From an uncultured Candidatus Saccharibacteria bacterium (GTDB lineage Bacteria > Patescibacteriota > Minisyncoccia > Phycocordibacterales > DSPV01), in assembly GCA_964349135.1 (NCBI GenBank), contig CAYGFK010000005.1, positions 1 through 57,895 on the forward strand: 57,895 nt of DNA. The letters are read 5' to 3'. Position 1 is the stretch's first letter, and the number at the start of each line of letters is the position of its first letter. Both the position numbers and the translations under genes were made by a program. Below are positions 26,661-36,187 of the stretch, one piece after another. The notes beneath the pieces were generated by a model, which did no database searches, was not told the origin of the DNA, and was given only the letters and a program-made list of their open reading frames with translations.

Positions 26661-26741
26661 TGGGCGGGAGAGGACTTGAACCTCCATGCCTCGCGGCACT
26701 AGCTCCTAAGGCTAGCGTGTCTGCCATTTCACCACCCGCCC
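26661..26741 (-). tRNA. tRNA-Leu(TAG)
   Basis: GGGCGGG acceptor stem, CTAGC-CTTAGGA-GCTAG anticodon arm and a long variable arm. Confidence 0.93.
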
Positions 26742-26802
26742 GAACCCTAACGCAACTGGAGCAGTCCAGTTGCTCTGGACGAACAACTTGCTCCGCTACG
26801 TG

Positions 26803-26876
26803 TCCGCCCAGTAGGATTCGAACCTACGACCATTCGCTTAAGAGGCGACTGCTCTACCAACTGAGCTATGGGCGGA
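26803..26876 (-). tRNA. tRNA-Lys(CTT)
   Basis: CCGCCCA/TGGGCGG acceptor stem, loop CTCTTAA, and GTAGG-TTCGAAT-CCTAC T-arm. Confidence 0.93.
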
Positions 26877-26976
26877 AATATTGACCTAGAAAATAGTACA
26901 GAATAAATGACGTTTACACAAACCGTTCGACAAATCGAATGAAGATGAGGATGGAATTTAAACTCAATTTACAAAA

Positions 26977-27058
26977 TGCCCGGGGAGAGACTCGAACTCT
27001 CATTCCTTACGGAATCCGATCTTAAGTCGGACGCGGATACCAATTTCGCCACCCGGGC
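26977..27058 (-). tRNA. tRNA-Leu(TAA)
   Basis: TCCGA-CTTAAGA-TCGGA anticodon arm and a long variable arm. Confidence 0.93.
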
Positions 27059-27166
27059 GCTTGTATACTCTACCACTTTTCTTTTTATTATAAAGAAGAA
27101 TCCTCGGGCGTTAGCAGAGGGATGCGGTCGATTCCCTGCGGAAGCGATACCATCGCTTCCTACCGA

Positions 27167-27289
27167 GCTTGAAGGCACGGGCGGGAATCTCGGCTACCGC
27201 CGCGGGTGGTTCTCGATTTCACTCCGTTCAATAACGAGAACCCTTTCGATTCCCGCACGCACGCAAGCTGTTGCGTGCTCTGTGCTTGA
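27167..27289 (-). repeat. Structured cassette (type B) with inverted and direct copies of the tRNA-Cys 3' end
   Basis: 23-bp exact repeat at 27167-27189 and 27284-27306. A 12-bp inverted copy lies at 27245-27256 and the cassette spans about 27190-27246. Confidence 0.85.
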
Positions 27290-27361
27290 AGGCACGGGCG
27301 GGAATCGAACCCGCGCATGGCGGTTTTGCAGACCGCAGCGTTACCACTTCGCCACCGTGCC
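27290..27361 (-). tRNA. tRNA-Cys(GCA)
   Basis: GCGGT-CTGCAAA-ACCGC anticodon arm and U73 discriminator. Confidence 0.95.
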
Positions 27362-27365
27362 AAAT

Positions 27366-27695
27366 TTATTCTCTTGAGAGCTCGTCAATTCGTTGGCGAT
27401 TCTTTTCGCCATCATCGAGTTTTATATTGAGGAATGGAGTTGCTGAACCGAGCCGTGCATGCTCTTTGATGTAAGACCTGATACTGGAAGCATGTCTCTT
27501 CAGAAGTGCGAGAGCCTTCTCTTCTTCCGTTTGCGGAAACACGCTCAAGAGGATGGTAGCATACTTCCGGTCATCTGACAGTAGGACGTTGGTGACGGTG
27601 ATAAGTGATTGCCTTCCGCTCTCTCGGGCAATGTACTCGGCGATAAGTTTCTGAATGAGCGAAACGCTCCGGTCGTGCTTGTAGTCAGCTTTCAT
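27366..27695 (-). CDS. rbfA: Ribosome-binding factor A
   Basis: ITVTNVLLSDDRKYATI...PFLNIKLD. Directly downstream of infB. Confidence 0.9.
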   Translation of the reverse strand: MKADYKHDRSVSLIQKLIAEYIARESGRQSLITVTNVLLSDDRKYATILLSVFPQTEEEKALALLKRHASSIRSYIKEHARLGSATPFLNIKLDDGEKNRQRIDELSRE

Positions 27696-27700
27696 ACGTA

Positions 27701-29218
27701 TTACTTGATGGTGGTTGTGTATACCGAGATTCTGTCTCCTTCGGCAGGTTCAATGGAAAGCTCAAGCATGGCGCCGAATTCTTTTCCTTTACTAATTTCA
27801 TCTGCTTTCAGTTTCTGTTGCTGGAGACCTTTTATTTTTCCTCGGCCGACTTCTTCGTCTCTGCGTAAGAGTTTTAGCGAAGCTCCTGTCTTAAGCAGTC
27901 CCGCATCAACGCGCCCGCCGATGACGAATTTCCCTTTTTCCGAATTAAATACTTTCAGAATTTTTGCATTGCCCATTTCCTCTTCGACTTCAATTCGAGG
28001 ACGTCGACGTTCAGCTTCTTCTTGAAGCCATTCGGAAAGTCTATAAATGATATCGAAATTTTTAATCGTGATTTCGAGTCGTTCACTTCCTGCTTTGGCC
28101 TGCGCATCAGTTCGCACATTGAAGCCAATTATGACAGGTTCCTTTCCGACGCGTGCGGTTTTCACGTCACTTTCCGTGATAGTTCCAACTCCGGCGTGAA
28201 GTATTCTGAAAATAACATTTTCAACGGTGATTTTCTTTATTTCGTGCTGAATAGCGTCGAGTGACCCCACGGTATCAGTACGTATGATGAGCGGGATAAC
28301 GACACGCTTTTCATCTTCGGATTCTGCCTGTTGAATAGGTTTCTTTATGTGCGGTGCGGTCGGTTGATAGTCGCTAGCGGCCTTTTCAGCTTCTTTTTTG
28401 TTTGCGACTTCGCGAAATAATTCTCCGACAACAGGTACCTGATTCCACCCAACGAGACGAACCGGACTTCCGGCGCGTGCCTGTTCAATGAGGTCACCTT
28501 TGTAATTTTCAATACTTCGGATTGGTGAGAAGGCGACACCTGAGACAACGTAATGTCCTTGAGTGAGTGTGCCGTCTTTAATGACGAGCGATGCCGTTGT
28601 CCCTCGTTTCTGGTCGAGATGTGCCTCAATGACGATGCCTTCAGCGGGCTTAGAGAGGTCGCAGGTAAGGTCTTGTAGTTCCGCCATAAGTGAAAGCATT
28701 TCTAATAGTTCAGAGACCCCTTGCCCGGTTGTTGCGGAGCAGGCCACGAAAGGGATATCGCCCCCATATCCTTCAATATAGATTTCATTCTCGGCGAGGT
28801 TGGCTTTGGTCTGTTCAAGATTAGCGCTCGGTTTATCTATCTTATTGATGGCGATGATGAAGGGAATATTACTTTCTTTAATGCAGGAAAGTGCCTCAAG
28901 TGTTTGTGGTTTAACTCCGTCTTCGCCCGAGACAACGAGTACGGCGAGGTCTGCCGCACGTGCACCGCGCTCTCTGATAGTACAAAAGGCTTCGTGGCCC
29001 GGGGTGTCGAGAAAGGTGAGGGCGTGTGTCACCCCACTCTTGTCGGTTATCTGTGCTTCGTAGGCGCTGACGTGCTGGGTGATACCCCCAGCTTCTTTGT
29101 CGGTCGTGTTTTCCTTTCTGATGTAGTCGAGAAGGGTCGATTTGCCATGGTCAACATGCCCAAGTACGACAATGACGGGAGCACGGCGAGTTTTCTGTTG
29201 TTTCGTTTGGGTAGGCAT
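27701..29218 (-). CDS. infB: Translation initiation factor IF-2 (short form lacking the N-terminal extension)
   Basis: [33 protein letters not shown] and NKID. Confidence 0.97.
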   Translation of the reverse strand: MPTQTKQQKTRRAPVIVVLGHVDHGKSTLLDYIRKENTTDKEAGGITQHVSAYEAQITDKSGVTHALTFLDTPGHEAFCTIRERGARAADLAVLVVSGEDGVKPQTLEALSCIKESNIPFIIAINKIDKPSANLEQTKANLAENEIYIEGYGGDIPFVACSATTGQGVSELLEMLSLMAELQDLTCDLSKPAEGIVIEAHLDQKRGTTASLVIKDGTLTQGHYVVSGVAFSPIRSIENYKGDLIEQARAGSPVRLVGWNQVPVVGELFREVANKKEAEKAASDYQPTAPHIKKPIQQAESEDEKRVVIPLIIRTDTVGSLDAIQHEIKKITVENVIFRILHAGVGTITESDVKTARVGKEPVIIGFNVRTDAQAKAGSERLEITIKNFDIIYRLSEWLQEEAERRRPRIEVEEEMGNAKILKVFNSEKGKFVIGGRVDAGLLKTGASLKLLRRDEEVGRGKIKGLQQQKLKADEISKGKEFGAMLELSIEPAEGDRISVYTTTIK

Positions 29219-29250
29219 ATGTTTGATGGAGACGTGGAAGCAGAGACATG

Positions 29251-29721
29251 TTATTTCTTCATCTCACCCGTCGCTTTGTCGAGCGCACCGCGCTCTTCTT
29301 TGGTTAGTTCGAACGGTGAATTAAATTCAGCAATAGGTTTTGCATAGACACTTACAAAGTCTCGGGAATATATCGTAGAGATAACCACTCCTTCTCCTTG
29401 CTCGTTGACGAAGGCGCTTGCAAAGCTCTGATTTCCTCCGCCACCGATTCCTTTGAATGCTTGGAACCGGACGGTGCCGACACCCTGCACTGAGCGCTTC
29501 AGACGTTTTTCGACGCCGGTCAGATAGTGTTCGACGTGTCCTCGGAACAATGTCAGCGCGCGTATCTCTTTCTCAAGCGAGCCGATACTTTCTCCGAGCG
29601 TTTCAGCTTTGCCTCCTCTCAGGAATCGGGATACTTTGCGGTCAAGGACAATAAGCCAGATTACTAAGGCGACGGTTATCGCCATGAGCACGTAAACCAC
29701 GTATTCCAAAGGAAAAACCAT
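29251..29721 (-). CDS. DUF4446-like membrane protein
   Basis: N-terminal TM, coiled coil, VRFQAF...GGNQSFASAF...GVVISTIYSR. Confidence 0.75.
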   Translation of the reverse strand: MVFPLEYVVYVLMAITVALVIWLIVLDRKVSRFLRGGKAETLGESIGSLEKEIRALTLFRGHVEHYLTGVEKRLKRSVQGVGTVRFQAFKGIGGGGNQSFASAFVNEQGEGVVISTIYSRDFVSVYAKPIAEFNSPFELTKEERGALDKATGEMKK

Positions 29722-29818
29722 AACAGGGACGATTATACAATAAAAACACTGTATTTACCACGGTATTGCTTTTTAAGAGCCGTCGAGTAATATTTTATGT
29801 ATGACAAGAGGATTTGCC

Positions 29819-29927
29819 ATGATTATTGCGATTATCATTGAGCCGCAGAGCGGTGGAGGTCTTACTTGTGTCTAAATAAAACGAACGTTTTGATACAAGC
29901 CAGCTCTCCACCGAGAGCTGGCTTTTC
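29819..29927 (+). promoter_or_regulatory. Putative Ile-responsive transcription attenuator (leader peptide MIIAIIIEPQSGGGLTCV + antiterminator + terminator)
   Basis: Leader ORF 29819-29875 has 5 Ile codons among codons 2-7. CGGTGGAG (29851-29858) is complementary to CTCCACCG (29906-29913) in the terminator AGCCAGCTCTC-cacc-GAGAGCTGGCT-TTT. Confidence 0.7.
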
Positions 29928-29977
29928 TTCCGAGAACGGAAGGTATTAGTTCTTTACCATAAGAGAAAGGATGCAGT

Positions 29978-30331
29978 ATGTATGCCGAAGTGAATTATTG
30001 GTCGGTAACGCTCTATGCGTGCAATCGAGATGAGGAACTGGCTTCCTTGAAACGTCTCCTGGTGTTATGTCGTGAGCTTTGTATCGTGGCAGGTTCGCAA
30101 TATCTCCATGACCCTTATTGGATTTCAGGTGTTGATGCGGAAGAGAGAAAAAAGGAATACCTCTCGTTTGCACCTTCGCTCTGGCTTGCACACTGTGATG
30201 AGGAAGATGCGCGAAGTCTTCTTTCGCTCATGGGTATTAGTGCCGATTCGGTATCGTTTACACCCATTGAATCTGCGGTGAATCATGAGTCAAAGACTCC
30301 TTCTTGTGTGTCATACCCCCGTCTTGAGTGA
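29978..30331 (+). CDS. Hypothetical protein, 117 aa, downstream of the Ile attenuator
   Basis: AGGA 6 nt upstream of the ATG, followed by the terminator at 30315-30342. Confidence 0.65.
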   Translation: MYAEVNYWSVTLYACNRDEELASLKRLLVLCRELCIVAGSQYLHDPYWISGVDAEERKKEYLSFAPSLWLAHCDEEDARSLLSLMGISADSVSFTPIESAVNHESKTPSCVSYPRLE

Positions 30332-30342
30332 CGGGGGTTTTT
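30315..30342 (+). terminator. Intrinsic terminator
   Basis: ACCCCCGTC-ttgagt-GACGGGGGT-TTTT. Confidence 0.8.
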
Positions 30343-30378
30343 CTTGCGCGTACGATTTGCGTGTCCTATAGTGTGCGC

Positions 30379-31557
30379 ATGGCAACACGTACCTATCTCG
30401 ATTTTGCTACTACGACCCCACTTGATGCGCGCGTTGAGCGGGCAATGAAGCCGTATTGGACGAAGTCGTTTGGTAATCCAAGCTCGCTTCATGCTGAGGG
30501 GGTCTTGGCAAAGGAATCTCTCGAATCAGCGCGTCGCGACGTGGCCAACGCCATACAAGCGCATCCGCACGAAATCATATTTACCGGAAGTGGAACCGAA
30601 GCAAACAATCTTGCAATTTTGGGATGTGTTCGTGCCCATCTTACTCGCGGTACGAAGCCGGAGGCGCTTCATGCACTCGTTTCTTCAATTGAACACTCAT
30701 CGGTGAGAGAGTGTTTTGAAGAACTCGCGCGGCTCGGGGTTCGTGTTGAGACTATTCCTGTTTCTTCACAGGGAATCGTTTCTCTCGAATCCATCGAGAA
30801 GTTGTTAAAGCCGGAAACCGTACTTATCTCGGTGATGTATGCGAATAATGAAATTGGTACGATACAACCCATTCGAAAAATAGCATCGATAGTGAGAAAG
30901 AGATATGACGGGAATACAAAACCGGCACTTCATGTCGATGCGTGCCAAGCGCCACTATACCTTTCTGTGTTACAGAGTTATCTTGGCGCCGACCTCGTCT
31001 CGTTTGATGCGCATAAGATGTATGGTCCTAAAGGTGTTGGTGCGCTTTACGTCCGAGAGGGAACGAAACTCACCCCGATTCTTTTTGGAGGCGGACAGGA
31101 GAGAGGGAGACGTCCGGGAACTGAGAATATTCCGCTTGTCATAGGATTTGCCAAAGCGCTTGAACTTGCGGTATCAGGGAGAGAAAAAGAATCAAAGCGA
31201 ATTACTCTTCTTCGAGATATGTTTTTTAATGAACTCATGAAAGTGATTCCGTCGGCAGTGGTGAACGGGGATGCGCACGAAAGACTTCCTAACAATGTCA
31301 ATATTGCAATCACAGGTCTTGATGCGGAATTTGCATGCGTGCAACTCGATACGCGAGGCATTTCATGTTCGGCAAAAAGCGCTTGTCTCGAAGGAGTAAA
31401 GGATTCGTTTGTTATTTCGGCCCTCGGGAAGGGGAATGATGCGTCCCGTTCCTCATTGCGTTTCAGTTTAGGGAGAAGCACGACCCGAAGCGATGTGAGG
31501 CGCGCGGTTCGGGCGCTCTCTGAGGTGGCACATGAACAGCTCGCCGGTCGTTTTTGA
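30379..31557 (+). CDS. iscS: Cysteine desulfurase (IscS/NifS group I)
   Basis: YLDFATTTP, FTGSGTEANN, DAHKMYGPKG (PLP Lys) and SAKSAC (catalytic Cys). Confidence 0.92.
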   Translation: MATRTYLDFATTTPLDARVERAMKPYWTKSFGNPSSLHAEGVLAKESLESARRDVANAIQAHPHEIIFTGSGTEANNLAILGCVRAHLTRGTKPEALHALVSSIEHSSVRECFEELARLGVRVETIPVSSQGIVSLESIEKLLKPETVLISVMYANNEIGTIQPIRKIASIVRKRYDGNTKPALHVDACQAPLYLSVLQSYLGADLVSFDAHKMYGPKGVGALYVREGTKLTPILFGGGQERGRRPGTENIPLVIGFAKALELAVSGREKESKRITLLRDMFFNELMKVIPSAVVNGDAHERLPNNVNIAITGLDAEFACVQLDTRGISCSAKSACLEGVKDSFVISALGKGNDASRSSLRFSLGRSTTRSDVRRAVRALSEVAHEQLAGRF

Positions 31558-31591
31558 TTGTGTTTTAGGTTCGATTTGATACTATGTGCGT

Positions 31592-32422
31592 ATGGAAGAC
31601 CTCACGAAGCAACAGGTAATACTTATGGCGCTTCTCGTTAGCTTTGTCACTTCAATTGCGACAGGCATTGTTACCGTGTCTCTCATGGACCAGGCACCCG
31701 CAAGTGTGACACAAACCATCAATCGAGTTGTTGAGCGGACCATCGAGACCGTTGTACAGGCTCCAACACAGGCTTCAGTCGTTACCAAAGAAACAGTCGT
31801 AGTAAAAGAGGACGACCTGGTGGTGGCCGCGATAGAGGAAAATACCGGAAACGTAGTGCGATTTCTTGCTTCAAAGGAAGGTAGTGATGTTATTGCACTC
31901 GGACTTCTCATTTCGTCAGACGGGTTGATTGCTGTTGATATCGGACAAGGGCTTTCCGGTTCGTCCTATGTGGTAAAGATTGGCGGTAACGTTTATGACT
32001 CTGAAAGAGTATTTAAGACAAGCGACGTGGTGTTGTTCCAGGTTGTTACTGAAGATGGTCATTCGTTCCCGCACGCACGGCTCGCTGATTCAGATAAATT
32101 GAAACTCGGGCAGACACTTGTGTTTATCGGGGGTCTAAATGAAAATCGTGTAGAGACAAGTCTCATCTCAAGCGTTCAATACGAGAAAGTAGATGAAAAA
32201 TCTGCAAGTTCGACGCCACCTCTTATCCCGAAAGTGGTAGGTATCTCAGCAGATTTAGACTTTTCTTCTTCGTCGGGAGGGATTCTCTCAAATCTATCTT
32301 CGGAAATCATTGCTTTTGGCGTCGAACGCTCATCTGGATTCGTCCCGAGCAATACCATCAGTGTGGCTCTCGCAGGATATAAAGCATCTCTCTCAAGTAC
32401 GACACCCCGCATTTTCGAGTAA
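31592..32422 (+). CDS. Membrane-anchored trypsin-like (S1C) protein, catalytic His apparently absent
   Basis: N-terminal TM, GLLISSDG, SDVVLF, KLGQTLVFIG and SSSGG. Confidence 0.6.
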   Translation: MEDLTKQQVILMALLVSFVTSIATGIVTVSLMDQAPASVTQTINRVVERTIETVVQAPTQASVVTKETVVVKEDDLVVAAIEENTGNVVRFLASKEGSDVIALGLLISSDGLIAVDIGQGLSGSSYVVKIGGNVYDSERVFKTSDVVLFQVVTEDGHSFPHARLADSDKLKLGQTLVFIGGLNENRVETSLISSVQYEKVDEKSASSTPPLIPKVVGISADLDFSSSSGGILSNLSSEIIAFGVERSSGFVPSNTISVALAGYKASLSSTTPRIFE

Positions 32423-32473
32423 TTGACATCGTAATATTATTGTGTTATTAAAGTGGTTTATTGAAAGTGAACC

Positions 32474-35161
32474 ATGCCCCCATTCCAAAATTTCACAACT
32501 AAAGCCAAGGAAGCGATTCGACGTGCTCATGAGCTCGCTATAGAGCGTGGCCAGAACCACGTCAATCCACTCCATTTACTTATTGCACTGTTACTCCAGG
32601 AAGACAGTGTTGTTTTGTCGATGCTTGAAAAGCTTGAAATTGACACTTCACTGTTGACGGAATCGTTGGCTGAAAGCATTGAATCACCTGAATCATCAGC
32701 GGTACTTTCTCCTTCGTATCAGGTGTATCTCACCCCTGAGCTCGCCCAGACCATCGAAATTTCCGCCAAGGTTGCACGTTCGATGAAAGATGAATTCATA
32801 TCGGTTGAGCATCTTTTCTTGGCGATGTTTGAGGTGCCTGGTCAGGCACGAGAACTGTTAGCTCGTTTTCGCATCGAAAAAGATACGGTTGTTCGCGTGC
32901 TCGATGAACTGCGCAATTCAAAGATTACCGATGTGAATCAGCCGAAACGATACCGCCTCATCGGAAAGTACACCCGTAGTCTTACGAAACTTGCTTCAGA
33001 GAATAAGCTTGACCCAGTCATTGGCCGAGAACAGGAAATTACGCGTATCATCCAGATTTTGTCGCGTCGCACAAAAAACAATCCGATTCTTATCGGTGAA
33101 GCAGGCGTTGGAAAAACGGCCATTGTCGAAGGTCTTGCTCAGCGTATTGCATCAGGTGACGTCCCTGAATCTCTCAAGGATAAAGAACTTGTCTCGCTCG
33201 ACCTTGGCCTTCTTATTGCCGGAACAAAATATCGAGGTGAGTTTGAAGAGCGTCTCAAGAACATCATGAAAGAAATCGAGCGTGCCGAAGGCAGATTTAT
33301 TCTCTTTATAGATGAGATTCACACTATTGTGGGAGCTGGAGCGGCTGAAGGTTCGATGGATGCATCAAACATGCTCAAGCCGGCACTCTCCCGTGGAGAA
33401 CTTCGAGCCATCGGAGCAACGACATTGCGTGAGTATCAGAAACATATCGAAAAAGACCCGGCTCTTACGCGTCGGTTCCAGCCCGTATTTGTTTCAGAGC
33501 CTTCCGTCGAGGATGCGATAACTATTTTGCGAGGTCTGAAAGAGAAGTATGAGTTGTATCATGGTGTGCACGTGACCGATGCGGCCATTGTCGCAGCGGT
33601 GAATTTTTCGTCCCGGTATATCACTGACCGATTTCTTCCCGATAAAGCAGTTGACCTTATCGATGAATCAGCCTCGTCGTTGAAAATTGCACTGCAGAGC
33701 AAACCCCCTGTATTGGAAGAGACTGACCAGAAAATCACGAAACTTGAGATTGAGAAAGAGGCACTTAAGAAAGAGTCTGCAAATTCAAAGAAGGTGAAAG
33801 AGCGGATTAAATCGATTGAAAAAGAAATCGCAGATTTAAAAGATGAGGTAAAGGAAATCGAGCTCAGGTGGAAGAATGAGAAGGAAACACTTTCCGCTAT
33901 GAAGGAGATTAAGAAGACGCTTGAAGAATTGCGTCTCGAAGCCGATTCTGCGGTATTGCATGGAGACCTTGTCCGGGCGGCTGAGATACGCTACGGAAAA
34001 GTCCCCGTTCTTGAAAAAGAACTTGAAACAAAGATGCGACGCCTGAAGCGTCTGCAGGGTTCCCGACGACTTCTCAAGGAGGACATCACAGAGAATGATA
34101 TTGCAGGTGTTGTTTCTCGCTGGACCGGTATTCCAATAAATCGAATGCTTGAAGCTGAAGCGGAGAAATTGGTGCGTATGGAAGAGGAACTTCAGAGTCG
34201 CGTTGTCGGACAGAATGATGCGGTGGCCCGTATCGCGAATGCCGTCCGTCGGTCGCGTGCTGGCGTTTCAGACCCGAACCGTCCGATAGGCTCGTTTATT
34301 TTCCTTGGGCCGACCGGAGTCGGGAAGACCGAACTCACGAAAGCGCTCGCTGAATTCATGTTTAACGATGAGAAATCGCTTATTCGCGTCGATATGTCCG
34401 AGTTCATGGAGAAGCACTCTGTATCCAAACTCATCGGTGCGCCTCCCGGCTATGTTGGGTTCGATGAAGGCAGTTCGTTTACGGAAACCGTACGTCATCG
34501 TCCGTACTCGGTTATTCTTTTTGACGAGATAGAAAAAGCGCATCCCGAAGTCTTCAACGTACTTCTGCAGATTCTCGATAACGGTCGTTTAACGGACGCG
34601 AAGGGGCGAGTGGTCAACTTTAAAAATACCGTTATCGTGCTGACGTCGAATATCGGCGCGCAGTTTATCGATAAAATGGAACGCATTGGCTTCGTGGCCG
34701 ACCCCAACGACCAGGCAGCGTATTCTGAAGTTAAAGAGAAGGTGATGAGTGCGCTCAAAGACCATTTCAGTCCGGAGTTCCTGAATCGTCTCGATGAAAT
34801 TATTCTCTTCGACATTCTTTCACCACAGGCAATTCGCACTATCGTTGACCTTCAAATTACGCAGGTAAGAAATCGGCTTACCGATAAAGAGATTACACTT
34901 TCACTTGCCCCTGAAGTTCTCGAATATCTGGCAAAAGAGGGATATAACCCCCAATACGGCGCTCGACCGCTTAAGCGTGTCATTCAAACGAAGCTTTTGA
35001 ATACGGTTGCGTCCCTCATGATTTCGAAGGGTATTGTACGGGGCGGTTCAATTGTTGTATCACTCAAAGATGGTGAGCTTGTATTCGACGTCAAAAAGGG
35101 GAGAAAAGGAGCCATTCTCGAAGAATCTCCCATTGAAGAGCCGACAAAGATGGCAAGCTAG
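32474..35161 (+). CDS. clpB: Chaperone ClpB
   Basis: Clp N repeats, [14 protein letters not shown]-domain coiled coil, GPTGVGKT and FDEIEKAH. Confidence 0.95.
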   Translation: MPPFQNFTTKAKEAIRRAHELAIERGQNHVNPLHLLIALLLQEDSVVLSMLEKLEIDTSLLTESLAESIESPESSAVLSPSYQVYLTPELAQTIEISAKVARSMKDEFISVEHLFLAMFEVPGQARELLARFRIEKDTVVRVLDELRNSKITDVNQPKRYRLIGKYTRSLTKLASENKLDPVIGREQEITRIIQILSRRTKNNPILIGEAGVGKTAIVEGLAQRIASGDVPESLKDKELVSLDLGLLIAGTKYRGEFEERLKNIMKEIERAEGRFILFIDEIHTIVGAGAAEGSMDASNMLKPALSRGELRAIGATTLREYQKHIEKDPALTRRFQPVFVSEPSVEDAITILRGLKEKYELYHGVHVTDAAIVAAVNFSSRYITDRFLPDKAVDLIDESASSLKIALQSKPPVLEETDQKITKLEIEKEALKKESANSKKVKERIKSIEKEIADLKDEVKEIELRWKNEKETLSAMKEIKKTLEELRLEADSAVLHGDLVRAAEIRYGKVPVLEKELETKMRRLKRLQGSRRLLKEDITENDIAGVVSRWTGIPINRMLEAEAEKLVRMEEELQSRVVGQNDAVARIANAVRRSRAGVSDPNRPIGSFIFLGPTGVGKTELTKALAEFMFNDEKSLIRVDMSEFMEKHSVSKLIGAPPGYVGFDEGSSFTETVRHRPYSVILFDEIEKAHPEVFNVLLQILDNGRLTDAKGRVVNFKNTVIVLTSNIGAQFIDKMERIGFVADPNDQAAYSEVKEKVMSALKDHFSPEFLNRLDEIILFDILSPQAIRTIVDLQITQVRNRLTDKEITLSLAPEVLEYLAKEGYNPQYGARPLKRVIQTKLLNTVASLMISKGIVRGGSIVVSLKDGELVFDVKKGRKGAILEESPIEEPTKMAS

Positions 35162-35277
35162 ACACGCCGCCCAATGGGCGGCGTGTTCATTGACTCTTGT
35201 CGCGTTTACGATTACCCTCGTATGAGACTAGCTCAGGCTAGGACGTACAACCTCAACCACAAAGAAAGGACCGTGTT

Positions 35278-35769
35278 ATGGAAGCATTACATGAATGCGC
35301 TCAGGAGTCAGAAACCACCGTCTCGCAACACGTTCAAAAAACGAAGGCGAAAAAACCGCTTGCACACGCACTTCGAATCGCGGGAATCAAACCTCTCGAT
35401 TTCTGGGGGGTGAAGAGTGAGCAGATGCTCATGAAGGTCAGATACTGCAGTCAGCGAGTGAACTATCTTGGTAGTACGCTCGCACATCTCCATGCGTTTG
35501 ATTTTGCGCACAGTTTCAACTCCGCTCTGCACCTTGTCGGATGGGTCTCGTTTTCATACGAAGAATACCTGTTCATGGGACAGAATACACGGAAGGCTGA
35601 ACGGGCAGGTATCTTCTATTCAGCGGTTCCGCAGGCAGTGGTCATGATTGCTCGGGAAGTTCGTCAACGGGTTCCTGGGGCGGTACTCACGGTCGAAGCA
35701 TTTCTCGACGACCCGTATCTTCGAGTCCAACTCGATAATGAGGATTACTACCTCGCGTACTGGCAGTGA
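35278..35769 (+). CDS. Hypothetical protein, 163 aa
   Basis: RBS AAAGGA. Bounded by hairpins at 35162-35186 and 35783-35813. Confidence 0.7.
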   Translation: MEALHECAQESETTVSQHVQKTKAKKPLAHALRIAGIKPLDFWGVKSEQMLMKVRYCSQRVNYLGSTLAHLHAFDFAHSFNSALHLVGWVSFSYEEYLFMGQNTRKAERAGIFYSAVPQAVVMIAREVRQRVPGAVLTVEAFLDDPYLRVQLDNEDYYLAYWQ

Positions 35770-35782
35770 GATTTATTCTCCC

Positions 35783-35813
35783 AACCCGCACTTAGGTGCG
35801 GGTTTCTTTTTTT
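35783..35813 (+). terminator. Intrinsic terminator
   Basis: AACCCGCAC-ttag-GTGCGGGTT followed by a T-tract. Confidence 0.8.
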
Positions 35814-35871
35814 GGTGAGAAGTTGCGATGCGACTGACAATTCGCTATTATCTATCGGCAACCACACAGAC

Positions 35872-35955
35872 GCGCAGGTGGCGGAGTGGTCAATCGCAAC
35901 AGACTGTAAATCTGTCGGCCAATGGCCTACGAAGGTTCGAATCCTTCCCTGCGCA
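35872..35955 (+). tRNA. tRNA-Tyr(GTA)
   Basis: ACAGA-CTGTAAA-TCTGT anticodon arm and a long variable arm. Confidence 0.95.
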
Positions 35956-36158
35956 ATAAAACAAAGGAGGCGGGATGCGAAAGCGTCCCGCCCCTCTTGT
36001 TTTAACGCGGGGAAGGATTCGAAAGACGGAGGCGCGAAGCCCCGCTGAAAGCGGGTTGCCGAGTCGGGGTCGCGACCGCCGAAGGCGAGTCGTGACCGAA
36101 TCTATAGGTTCCCTGCGCAATAAAACAAAGGAGGCGGGATGCGAAAGCGTCCCGCCCC
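35945..36158 (+). repeat. 50-bp direct repeat (tRNA-Tyr 3' end + hairpin) enclosing an inverted tRNA copy and a type A cassette
   Basis: 35945-35994 is identical to 36109-36158. 36006-36023 is the reverse complement of 35936-35953 (17/18). Cassette spans 36024-36097. Confidence 0.9.
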
Positions 36159-36187
36159 CTTTGTTTAGGGGTATTTTTAGGCCTGTG

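Noticed and set aside
26660-27474. Several 67-133 aa ORFs across the tRNA cluster
   Set aside because: They are translations of tRNA genes and their trailers on both strands.
27701-29218. Short IF-2 (and short DnaX) as pseudogenes or novelties
   Set aside because: All catalytic motifs are intact, and loss of these extensions is expected in reduced genomes.
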